Source: an uncultured Candidatus Micrarchaeota archaeon (GTDB lineage Archaea; Micrarchaeota; Micrarchaeia; Burarchaeales; Fermentimicrarchaeaceae). From it: 51,558 nt of DNA. A program made the position numbers and the translations under genes. The notes beneath the pieces are model-generated. The model ran no database searches, had not been told where the DNA came from, and saw only the letters and a program-made list of their open reading frames with translations. Shown one piece after another: positions 34,546 through 42,986 of this stretch. The DNA is taken from the NCBI GenBank assembly GCA_903921825.1, contig CAIXRF010000020.1, positions 1-51,558 of the forward strand, given 5' to 3'. Within the stretch, counting starts at the first letter, position 1. Each line of letters starts with the position of its first letter.

Positions 34546-35643
34546 CTACCTGCTCACGATGTTCACCACGTCGCCGTCGAAAAGAACGTGGTCCATCCCC
34601 ACCTTCTGCCCAGGAAACTTCGCCGACTTTCCCCATACAAATGCGTGCCTGAACCCTGCCCTCAGCCCCCTGTGAATCCTGTCGCAGATCTCGCCGATGT
34701 CCGAGCCTTCCCTCACTATCATCGGCTCCTTCAGGTCCGCCTCGCCGAAGCGGGGCTTCAGGTAAAGGCGGATGAGCCTGAGGCTGCTGTAAATTTTCTC
34801 CCGCAAAGCATCAAGCCCCACATTCTTGTCAGCGGAAATTTCAATCGATGGCGTCGGCAGCCCCTTCTTCACCTGCGCAACGAACGCCTTGTCCACAAGG
34901 TCGCACTTGTTCAACAAGACCAGCGCGGGGATGTACCTCCTGTTCCCCACGACAACGTCGATGAGCTGGTCCGCGTCAATGTCCGTGCGTATCACGACGT
35001 TCGCGCTGTAAAGGTCATAGACGTTCATGATCGTTTCCACTGTCTTCTCCGAGATTTTCGTGAGCTTCAGCGTCGAATTCACCACAAGCCCGCCCCTCTG
35101 CGTCGGTGTAATGACAACATCGGGCGGCTTCTGGTTCGGCCTTATGCCCATCGCCTCGAGCTCGCGCATTATCACATCTAGCTGCGTATTCGCCTGGAAG
35201 ACATCAAGCATTATCAGCAGAAGGTCGGCATTCCTCGCAACCGAAAGCACCTCCCTTCCCCTCCCCCTTCCCTGCGACGCACCCTGTATTACCCCAGGCA
35301 CGTCGAGCATCTGAATGCGCGCACCTTTGTATTCCATCACACCGGGAATCACGGTGAGCGTGGTGAATTCGTAGTGCGCCACTTCCGACTGCGCGTTTGT
35401 GAGCTGGTTGAGAAGCGTGGATTTGCCAACGGACGGGAAGCCAATGAAGACGACCGTGGAGTCGCCGCTCTTCCTTATCGAGAAGCCGCCACCGCTTGCG
35501 CCGCCCTTCGGCTTCATCAGCTCCCTTCTGAGCTTCGCCATCCTCGCTTTCAATTCGCCGAGATGATGTTCGGTGGCCTTGTTCACCTGGGTGCGCTTCA
35601 TCTCTTCCTCAATCTCGCGTATCCTGTCAGCTGCGCTTACCAC
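34546..35643 (-). CDS. DRG-family (Obg-like) GTPase with a C-terminal TGS domain
   Basis: G1 motif GFPSVGKSTLLN, G3 motif DVPG and G4 motif NKCD, followed by a TGS-like C-terminus. Confidence 0.9.
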   Translation of the reverse strand: MVSAADRIREIEEEMKRTQVNKATEHHLGELKARMAKLRRELMKPKGGASGGGFSIRKSGDSTVVFIGFPSVGKSTLLNQLTNAQSEVAHYEFTTLTVIPGVMEYKGARIQMLDVPGVIQGASQGRGRGREVLSVARNADLLLIMLDVFQANTQLDVIMRELEAMGIRPNQKPPDVVITPTQRGGLVVNSTLKLTKISEKTVETIMNVYDLYSANVVIRTDIDADQLIDVVVGNRRYIPALVLLNKCDLVDKAFVAQVKKGLPTPSIEISADKNVGLDALREKIYSSLRLIRLYLKPRFGEADLKEPMIVREGSDIGEICDRIHRGLRAGFRHAFVWGKSAKFPGQKVGMDHVLFDGDVVNIVSR

Positions 35644-35675
35644 GGCTAAAATTCAGCACACACGCTATTAATAGC

Positions 35676-36056
35676 TTTCCATAATTTTGAAAATGGACAC
35701 CCGCACAGCATCTGCCTATCTACTAAAACTATTCTAGCAATTCTAAAACTATGTTTCATAGGCGGACTTCCCATATTCCGTTTCATTTGTATGGAAAAGA
35801 AGCACCCGGGAAACTTCACTACTCTGCCCATTTCCATATTCTTCGAACGGCCTTTTCAACCCCCACACACCCTAATTCCATAAATTTGGAAAACAGGCCA
35901 TTCCAGCCAAGTACCCGTGCTTTTCAGGCTAAACTCTTAGTAAGAAAGGAGCTTCGGCGGAGCCTCCAAAGTTGTTTCATAAATTTGGAAGGAAGGGTAT
36001 AACCACTATTCCCGGGTGCCCCGCATTCCATCTCAATGAAATGTGTTTCAAAGTGC
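35676..36056. repeat. Cluster of TTYCAT..(A)TGGAA dyad repeats in an AT-rich ~560-bp non-coding region
   Basis: Near-identical 16-mers TTCCATAAATTTGGAA (35876-35891) and TTTCATAAATTTGGAA (35975-35990). Related copies lie near 35677-35696, 35781-35797 and 35831-35846. An inverted ~33-bp pair at 35781-35813 and 36008-36041 shares TTTCATT..ATGGAA..GCACCCGGGAA. Confidence 0.7.
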
Positions 36057-36212
36057 CAAATCCTGCGCAGTTTCAGCCCATCAATTCTGCCACTTTTGGC
36101 ATCGATACCCTACCCCCAGCAGCTGAAAACATATGCAATGCTATGCTCTACGTCGTAGAAGGCCAGTCCTGGGATCCTAAAAAAGGGCACTTTCAAGAGA
36201 TTTTCAGAAATG

Positions 36213-36764
36213 CTAAGATAGATTTCGAAAGGATAAGAATTTTTTAGATACGCTTCTCGCCTGCCGTTCTCTTCCAGAAAGGAAGGCCAAAAGCTCTTTC
36301 GCGCTCCCCTCGCCCTTTCTCCTCCAGTCCCATTCAACTGCAAGGCGCCTCATCCTCTGGAGTTCCGAGTGGTAGCGCGAAAGCGAGCCGCAATCCTTCG
36401 CACCCGGTTTCCACCGGCCCTTTCTTATGCATGCATTGCTGACCGCAACATTTTCCTCATCAATGCAAAACGGGAAGGTCGAACAAACAAGGGGCTTGAA
36501 AGAGTGAATGGTGCATCTCCCTTTGCGCAGAAAAACGCAGCCATCCTTCTTCCGCTTCAGGCCAACGTAGCATTCCTCACCTTTGACCCAGAACGAAGGC
36601 GCCCACCTGCAGTTGCACTCGGAAGAAGGGAAAAGCTGGAGGAACTCCGCAGGCCTCTTACCGGTTCGCCGCGCAATCCTGGCAATGTCAGAAGGAATGA
36701 CTGCAACAAGATATTTCCCGCAGCAGCGCGCATCGCAGCCAAGGCAGTTGTCTTCGGCGTCCAT
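36213..36764 (-). CDS. YkgJ-family cysteine-cluster (CxxCxxCC) protein
   Basis: N-terminal NCLGCDARCCGKYLV plus a downstream CVFL..GRCTIH cluster. Confidence 0.7.
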   Translation of the reverse strand: MDAEDNCLGCDARCCGKYLVAVIPSDIARIARRTGKRPAEFLQLFPSSECNCRWAPSFWVKGEECYVGLKRKKDGCVFLRKGRCTIHSFKPLVCSTFPFCIDEENVAVSNACIRKGRWKPGAKDCGSLSRYHSELQRMRRLAVEWDWRRKGEGSAKELLAFLSGRERQARSVSKKFLSFRNLS

Positions 36765-36765
36765 C

Positions 36766-37761
36766 TTACTCCCTGTCTATGACTGCCTCGGCGATGTGCG
36801 TGCTATGTGCGTATATCCTCATGAGGGCCTCGACAATCAGCCCGGTCTGGAGCGGTGCGCGCCTTTTCTGCAGTGCCCTCTCGAGCTCCTCGCGCTTGGC
36901 CTCAAGCACTGCCCTCCTTGCTATCACTGCATTCGCGGCCTCCGTATTCTTGCTGAAAAGCGCGCTGAATGCAGCGGTGTGTGCATCTAACGCCGCGGAA
37001 CTGAGCGATTCCAGGCCGTGCGCGACGTCCGGCGGCATCTTCGCCCTGAGTTCGCCCGAATACGTGGCTATCTGGACCGCCATGTCTGCCATGTCCTCGA
37101 GGCAGCGCGCGACCCTCAGGAAGACGACCGAGTCGTACGCAGTTATTCCGAATGCCTGCAGCAGCGCCGAATTGTGGAGCGCCAGGCTCAGCTGCCTTAT
37201 AATTAGGAAGCGCAGCCTGTCCGCCTCGTCATCGCGCGCAATCACTGCCGCAGCGAGCGCCGTGTCCCTCTTCAGGACGGCTTCCATCGCGTCAACGTGC
37301 ATCCCCCGTGCAATCATGTGCGCCCTCCTCAATGTTTTCTCTATGGACAGCCCCTCGTGGGAAAAGAAGTCCTGCGCAATGATGGACTGCGGAGTTTCCT
37401 CGGTAATCTCAAAGCCGATGAGCCTGTCCACCTGCGCCACGACTGCAGCTCTTGTGCGCTGCGGTATCCTGCTTCCGGAGGTGACGCGCACGATGTCGTA
37501 GCCGGCCAGGTATTTTGCAAGGAAGGCGCGCGCAAGGTGCGTGTCATCGCTGAACGCGTCGATGCCGAGCTCCGCAGTGCGCGGCCGCTCCGCCGTCCTG
37601 CGCAGCCTGAGCGACAGGGATCCATCCTTCTCCTCGCTGACAAGTATCTCGTCGCGCGGGACCACTCCGTTCCTTGTCGCCCATGCCTTGGGCAGCGAAA
37701 CGGTTAGGGTCGATGTCCCCGTAAGCTGAACCCTGCGCTTTTCCACACCCGTCCCTTCCAT
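36766..37761 (-). CDS. PhoU-family regulator with an N-terminal AbrB/SpoVT domain
   Basis: The segment VQLTGTSTLTVSLPKAWATRNGV is AbrB-like, and two PhoU helical repeats follow. Confidence 0.8.
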   Translation of the reverse strand: MEGTGVEKRRVQLTGTSTLTVSLPKAWATRNGVVPRDEILVSEEKDGSLSLRLRRTAERPRTAELGIDAFSDDTHLARAFLAKYLAGYDIVRVTSGSRIPQRTRAAVVAQVDRLIGFEITEETPQSIIAQDFFSHEGLSIEKTLRRAHMIARGMHVDAMEAVLKRDTALAAAVIARDDEADRLRFLIIRQLSLALHNSALLQAFGITAYDSVVFLRVARCLEDMADMAVQIATYSGELRAKMPPDVAHGLESLSSAALDAHTAAFSALFSKNTEAANAVIARRAVLEAKREELERALQKRRAPLQTGLIVEALMRIYAHSTHIAEAVIDRE

Positions 37762-37889
37762 ATATTTACTAGGTCTTGAATTGTTCTTATGTATTATCTC
37801 CTTATGATATATATTAAACTATTCTCTCTATATATGAAAGGACCGAAAATGCGTTAGCCAAATATTCGGAAAGGGCGAAATGCCCCCTG

Positions 37890-38234
37890 ATGCTTCCCCC
37901 ACTCGCAGCGAGGCCGCACATGCTTGCCGCCTTCGTCATGTTCACGCTAATTGTGCTAATGGCCGCGGAGCCTGAGTTCAGCACGCGGGCGCTCTACTTA
38001 ATCCCCATCGCAATCGCATTCGTTGGCCTTCTTGCGCTGCTTTGCGTAGAATACGAGGCCGTCGGCCGGGCAGGCTGGCGCGAATATGCCGAAAGGCGCA
38101 TCAGGGGTGCGAAGGCGGAAATGGAAATGGACCGCTACCTGGACGACCGCGGCCACGTCATGCCATGGGATCCCCATGTCCCACGCTTCAGGGCGAGCGG
38201 GAAGGCGCAGGACAGGCGCATGGATTTCGGATGA
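37890..38234 (+). CDS. Hypothetical membrane protein
   Basis: 114-aa ORF with two TM helices and a charged C-terminal tail. Confidence 0.4.
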   Translation: MLPPLAARPHMLAAFVMFTLIVLMAAEPEFSTRALYLIPIAIAFVGLLALLCVEYEAVGRAGWREYAERRIRGAKAEMEMDRYLDDRGHVMPWDPHVPRFRASGKAQDRRMDFG

Positions 38235-39044
38235 CTAAATATCCTTTCCCTTGTTCTTGCCCAGCCCCTCAATCGCCCTCAGCAGCTCTATGGGCGTCAC
38301 GAAGACGACGGTATTGCCCTCGTCTGCGCTCACATCCGTAATCGTCTGCAGCGTGCGGAGGTGGAGTGCGCCCGCAGTCTGCGAGAGCTTCTTTGCCGCC
38401 TCCGCAAGGTTCGCGCTTGCGGCCAGCTCCCCCTCGCTCATTATTATCATTCCACGCTTCTCCCTCTCAGCCTCGGCCTGTCTTGCCATCGCGCGCTTCA
38501 TGTCAGCGGGCAGTTCAATGTCCTGAATCTTGATTGCGGTAATATCCACTCCCCAACTCTCCGTTTCCTTGTCGACGATGGTCTGTATAGAGTCCGCGAC
38601 CTTCTCCCTCTCAGTCAGCACGAAGTCGAGGCCCGAGTTGCCAACAACATCCCTGAGTGCGGTCTGCGCATACTGCGCGACAGCGTAGGTGTAGTCCTCA
38701 ATCTCAAGCACAGCGGCCTCGGGCTTGTCGACCTTGAAGTAGACGACCGCATTCACCATCACTGGGACGTTGTCCTTCGTCATTACCTCCTGCTTCGGGA
38801 TGTCGATGGTTTTTATCCTCGTATCCACCTTCTGCATGGTCTGAAAGACGGGTATGACTATATTGAGGCCCGGCCCGCGCGTCCCGGCGTATTTGCCGAG
38901 CGTGAAGACGATGCCGCGCTCATACTGGTAGATTATCCTTATCCCCGCAATGACGAGGAAGAAACCGACGATTGCTACTATCGGAAGGAAACCGCACACT
39001 GCCCCGGTAAGCGCGTCATCAGCCATTCGACCACCTGTAAGCAT
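38235..39044 (-). CDS. SPFH/band-7 (stomatin/prohibitin-like) protein
   Basis: N-terminal TM helix, then IIYQYERGIVFTLGKY...IDIPKQEVMTKDNV...AEREKR, a typical SPFH core. Confidence 0.9.
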   Translation of the reverse strand: MLTGGRMADDALTGAVCGFLPIVAIVGFFLVIAGIRIIYQYERGIVFTLGKYAGTRGPGLNIVIPVFQTMQKVDTRIKTIDIPKQEVMTKDNVPVMVNAVVYFKVDKPEAAVLEIEDYTYAVAQYAQTALRDVVGNSGLDFVLTEREKVADSIQTIVDKETESWGVDITAIKIQDIELPADMKRAMARQAEAEREKRGMIIMSEGELAASANLAEAAKKLSQTAGALHLRTLQTITDVSADEGNTVVFVTPIELLRAIEGLGKNKGKDI

Positions 39045-39094
39045 TTTGGGGCAGAGATTTATCTAACTAACGTGTTCTCTTCCACCCGTCTCCT

Positions 39095-39808
39095 TCAGCC
39101 AGGCCCGCAGCCGTTGCAGATATCCGCATAGCTGTAGGCGCACGGGCAGCCAGTCCCGTTCGAAAGCGCCTGCGGCCCAGTTTCCTGCGTCTCATTCACA
39201 TGGTCGCTGTACATAATCGTTTGAGTCGTCAAGTTCAGCGAACTGTCCTGGAATGTGCCATTTGCAAAGCACAGCGTTTGGTTGACGGTTTTTATGTTCA
39301 CGGACGTGCAAGGCTGGTCACCACCGGTGCAGTTATTTTCGTTACTTAAGGTCCTGTTCCAGCTATAGTCAAGCAATACGCTAAAATTGCAGCCTCCCCG
39401 CGTGCAGTTGTAGTCCTTCATCCCCGCATTCCACTCCCCTGCATAGCACGAATAAATATGTTCGCCGAACGTATATGCAATATTCTGGTCGGAATAATTG
39501 AGTTCACTCCATCCTTCCCCGCCGCCATGCCCGCCGCCGTATTCAAGGCTGTAATTGATGCACCTCTCACTCTCATTTGCGTGCATCTCTCTCGTCCAGT
39601 AGCAGCACCATGGGGCAACGCTCTCGATTCCGGAAAGGCTTACGTTCTCTCCGGAGTGCGGCAGGATTATGGAGTCGGTTATGTTAGTGATTCTAAACTC
39701 TGGCGTAGGTGTTGGCGTAGGCTGCATGCCGGGGATTGCGATGCAGCCGGAAAGAATGATGAACAAAAGCAGGCCGCCACAGTGCAGCAGCCCAATGTTA
39801 CCTCGCAT
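39095..39808 (-). CDS. Cys-rich, sequon-rich secreted lipobox-like protein
   Basis: Signal with ILSGC and a PTPTPTP linker. It has about 15 Cys, more than 10 N-x-S/T sequons and a C-terminal CNGCGPG. Its start overlaps the cysS stop by 11 nt. Confidence 0.6.
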   Translation of the reverse strand: MRGNIGLLHCGGLLLFIILSGCIAIPGMQPTPTPTPEFRITNITDSIILPHSGENVSLSGIESVAPWCCYWTREMHANESERCINYSLEYGGGHGGGEGWSELNYSDQNIAYTFGEHIYSCYAGEWNAGMKDYNCTRGGCNFSVLLDYSWNRTLSNENNCTGGDQPCTSVNIKTVNQTLCFANGTFQDSSLNLTTQTIMYSDHVNETQETGPQALSNGTGCPCAYSYADICNGCGPG

Positions 39809-41222
39809 GCTTCCACCTCACGCTCCCGTCCTTCTGGTCCTCGAGGATTATGCCCAGCGACTTCAGCTTCGCGCGCACTTCGTCGCTCCGTTTGAAGTCC
39901 TTTTTCTTCCTCGCATCCTGCCTCTCTGCGACGAGCCGGTCTATTTCCGCATCCTCGGGCCCGCCCTCCTTTCCCCCCGCCCTGTAAAGGTTCAGGATCC
40001 CGCCAAGCGCGTTCAGCTCGCCGAGCATGGCAAGCAGCACCTGCTTCTTCGGCTCCTTCCCCATCATGTAGAGGTTTGCCATCTTCGCAATCTCGAAGAC
40101 AGCAGCGATCGCGAGCGGCGTGTTGAAGTCGTCATCCATCGCCGCGATGAACTTTTCCCCGTCCTCCTTCACTTCGTCCAGAAGCGCCTTTTCCGCCTCG
40201 TTCAAATTCCCTTCTGCCGCATTCCTCACCGCCGCCCCAAGATTATCCACGCAGTTGTGCAGCGTCCTCAGGCTGCCCCCCGCATTCTTCAGCATCGCAT
40301 CGGAGAAATCGATGGGCGAGTGGTAATGCGCGGAGAGCAGGAAGAACCTTATCGCCTCGGGCGGATACTTCGCCATTATCTCCTTGATGGTAAAGAAATT
40401 CCCCAGTGACTTGCTCATCTTCTCCTGGTCGATGGTTATGAAGCCGTTGTGCATCCAGTATTTTACGAACCGCTTTCCAGTTGCGCCCTCGCTCTGCGCA
40501 ATCTCGTTCTCATGGTGCGGAAAGATGAGGTCCAGCCCTCCGCCGTGGATGTCGAACGTCTCGCCCAAATACTTCATGCTCATCGCGGAGCATTCGATGT
40601 GCCAGCCCGGCCTCCCCTTCCCCCACGGCGAATCCCATGAGGGCTCGTCCGGCTTGGCCTTCTTCCAGAGCGCGAAATCAACAGGGTTCTTCTTCCTTTC
40701 ATCAATTTCTATCCTCGCCCCGGCCTTAATCTGGTCCATCGGCTGCTTCGAGAGCTTGCCGTATTCCCTGAACCTGGAAACGTCGTAATAAACGTCCCCG
40801 TCAACCTCATAGGCCATGCCCTTCTTGAGCAGGCGCTCCACAAGCGCAATTATCTCCGGAATGTGCTCGCTCACCTTGGGATAGAAGTGCGCCCTCCTGA
40901 CGCCTAGCGCGTCCATGTCCGCGAAATATTCTTCTATGAACCTCGCTGCAATCGCAGTCGCCTTGAGCGGGTCGCCTTCCTTCCTAGCCTTGTTTATTAT
41001 CTTGTCATCCACGTCCGTGAAATTCTGCACGTGGCGCACTTCGTAGCCGCGGAATTCCAGGTAGCGCCTTACCATGTCGAATGTGACGTAGGCGCGCGCA
41101 TGCCCGAGGTGGCAGACGTCGTAAGGCGTCACTCCGCACACGTACATCCCGACCTTCTTCCCGCTCAGCGGCTTGAACTCCTCCTTCGTGCGCGTGAGCG
41201 TGTTGTAGACGCGGAGAGGCAT
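39798..41222 (-). CDS. cysS: Cysteinyl-tRNA synthetase
   Basis: HIGH-type motif HLGHARAY, KMSKS, and the WHIECS zinc-site region. Confidence 0.95.
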   Translation of the reverse strand: MPLRVYNTLTRTKEEFKPLSGKKVGMYVCGVTPYDVCHLGHARAYVTFDMVRRYLEFRGYEVRHVQNFTDVDDKIINKARKEGDPLKATAIAARFIEEYFADMDALGVRRAHFYPKVSEHIPEIIALVERLLKKGMAYEVDGDVYYDVSRFREYGKLSKQPMDQIKAGARIEIDERKKNPVDFALWKKAKPDEPSWDSPWGKGRPGWHIECSAMSMKYLGETFDIHGGGLDLIFPHHENEIAQSEGATGKRFVKYWMHNGFITIDQEKMSKSLGNFFTIKEIMAKYPPEAIRFFLLSAHYHSPIDFSDAMLKNAGGSLRTLHNCVDNLGAAVRNAAEGNLNEAEKALLDEVKEDGEKFIAAMDDDFNTPLAIAAVFEIAKMANLYMMGKEPKKQVLLAMLGELNALGGILNLYRAGGKEGGPEDAEIDRLVAERQDARKKKDFKRSDEVRAKLKSLGIILEDQKDGSVRWKHAR

Positions 41223-41454
41223 GGCACACGTTTGCCACCCGGCCTATAAATATGTAGGCGGGCCAGCGTGCCCGAACAGCATAGAAATTTCAGATTTGCC
41301 CACCAGTCCAAGCGCTTTCTTATAATATATTTGCCTCTTCCCGTCATAAAAGCATAACTATTTAAGCAACTTATAGTTAATACGATAACAGTTTGGGGGA
41401 GGACCGTCAAAGCGAATGCCGCGCGGCCGTCCCGCCGCCAAGGGGGTGTGAAAA

Positions 41455-41589
41455 ATGGCGCGGGAGGACGAAATCATCGAGTATTGCTCCGAATGCGGCA
41501 GGGGTTTGGTGTGGGGCGAAGCTTGGCAGAAGGGCGGGCTCGAGTTCTGCATCATCTGCAAGAACATCGTCGGGGCAGTAATTCCTTGA
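41455..41589 (+). CDS. Small zinc-ribbon protein (44 aa, below the ORF-track cutoff)
   Basis: Hand translation gives MAREDEIIEYCSECGRGLVWGEAWQKGGLEFCIICKNIVGAVIP, with a CxxC...CxxC pattern. ATG 41455 follows a purine-rich stretch, gggggtgtgaaaa. Confidence 0.4.
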   Translation: MAREDEIIEYCSECGRGLVWGEAWQKGGLEFCIICKNIVGAVIP

Positions 41590-41654
41590 GAACGTGAGAT
41601 AGTGGAAAAAACAAGAATAGCGGAAAACGGTGCGCATGTCGCGCGCCCCTAGTT

Positions 41655-42986
41655 TCAGCAGCCTGGCCCGCACCTGAGACGGGTATTGCAGGTCAAGCCC
41701 GCTGGGTTACACACATTGTCGCCGCCATCCACTGCGGAACTGCCGCAGGCGAAGTTGCCGGTGCCAGAGACGCCGTTTCCGCACGCCTTGTTGAATGCGA
41801 AATAAGTGCCAGCGCCGCCGTCCCTTACCCCTGCGCCCCCAGTGCCATGGATGTAATTGTTCAGGAGGCGCGTCCCGCTGCTGCCTTGCGTGATGAGTAT
41901 GCCCTCATAGAAGTTCGAAATGGTGCAGTCGGTCACGGTGACGTTGGCGGCGTCTTCTATCCGCACGCCCCATTTATCCCCGCTGCTGCTTCCCATCAGC
42001 GCATGCCCGTTGCAGTCGATGGTGGAACCGCTTCCCCCGGGCTGCACCGTGATGCACGTTTCCGTTGCGTTCACGTCTGACAGCATGACATAGTTCGCGG
42101 GCCTGTCAAAAACTAGGCCGCACCCATAGATGTACACTATGTTGAGGGAAGGCGTTGAAGTGGGTTCGGGAGTGCCAGCAGCCGGCGGCGTACCTGGCGG
42201 CAAAGGCGGCTGGGCTGCCCCTGGTGAATAGGAGATTAACTCCAGCGTGCCCGAGCTAATCGCCAACTTCACCGGCACGGGTATTCCCTCCGCCTTCCAG
42301 GCAAACAACTCGGCAGGTTCGCCATTGCTCCGGGTCAGAACCCGTATCTTCTCTGCAGGTCCGGTATAACCAGGGACACTAACCTCCTCTCGGCCGTAGC
42401 TGGTGAATTCGGTCTGCACCCCTTCAGGCTCGCCACCCCCATTCTCAGGCCCGGGGCATGGAACATCTAACGTCTGCCGGTTGTAAGAATCCCACGTCTC
42501 GTATTTCAGGCACCGGCATCCGCTCTTCGCACGCCACATATACGTGTACTGTGTGACGTTATTCGCGCCTGCCTCAAAGGTAACGTTCAACACCTCAAGA
42601 ATAGCCTCCGTTCCGTTGACTGTCCCAGCATCGCCCGTGGAGTAATGGAGGTCCGCCTCAAGCATTGTGGGCGTCCTGTTTCCCCTTGCGTATGAGTATG
42701 TGATTCCAGGAATCGCACAGCCGAAAACATCCGCCCAGGTCATCTCCACTCCGGTTGCGCTAGGCACTGGCGTTCCTCCAGAGGGCGTCGGTGTGGTCGC
42801 TGGCGGTGCGCCTTTGTTCAGCACGAAGGCTGCGCCGAATATGAGCGCGAGTGCGATGACTAGCGCGGTGCCCATGAGGACTGTGCGCGACACCGGCCGT
42901 TTGTCTCCTACAACGCCCGCCGTCCCCTCCTCCTGCGCAAGCGGTTTCGCTGCCTTCAACTCGTCAAACTCGCCCAATTTCACCAC
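41655..42986 (-). CDS. Secreted protein: conserved N-terminal domain (paralog of 10979-11773), right-handed beta-helix repeats and a Cys-rich C-terminus
   Basis: TM/signal, PT linker, then shared motifs W.DVFGCA, GCRCLK, VSVPGYTGPAEKIRV and VPVK. The PbH1-like segment is GVRIEDAANVTVTDCTISNFYEGILITQGSSGTRLLNNYIHG. The protein ends in RCGPGC. Confidence 0.75.
   Translation of the reverse strand: MVKLGEFDELKAAKPLAQEEGTAGVVGDKRPVSRTVLMGTALVIALALIFGAAFVLNKGAPPATTPTPSGGTPVPSATGVEMTWADVFGCAIPGITYSYARGNRTPTMLEADLHYSTGDAGTVNGTEAILEVLNVTFEAGANNVTQYTYMWRAKSGCRCLKYETWDSYNRQTLDVPCPGPENGGGEPEGVQTEFTSYGREEVSVPGYTGPAEKIRVLTRSNGEPAELFAWKAEGIPVPVKLAISSGTLELISYSPGAAQPPLPPGTPPAAGTPEPTSTPSLNIVYIYGCGLVFDRPANYVMLSDVNATETCITVQPGGSGSTIDCNGHALMGSSSGDKWGVRIEDAANVTVTDCTISNFYEGILITQGSSGTRLLNNYIHGTGGAGVRDGGAGTYFAFNKACGNGVSGTGNFACGSSAVDGGDNVCNPAGLTCNTRLRCGPGC

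Noticed and set aside
35751-36247. ORFs of 83 and 91 aa (plus a 63-aa minus-strand ORF) in the 35.65-36.2 kb gap
   Set aside because: The repeated DNA dyads fall in different reading frames, the composition is AT-rich and unlike the coding regions, and there are no protein motifs. The region is treated as non-coding repeat DNA.
37762-37889. TATATAT-rich divergent promoter region considered as additional NrdR boxes
   Set aside because: It lacks the flanking CAC/GTG arms and the 31-bp tandem phasing. It looks like ordinary TATA/BRE-rich promoter DNA.
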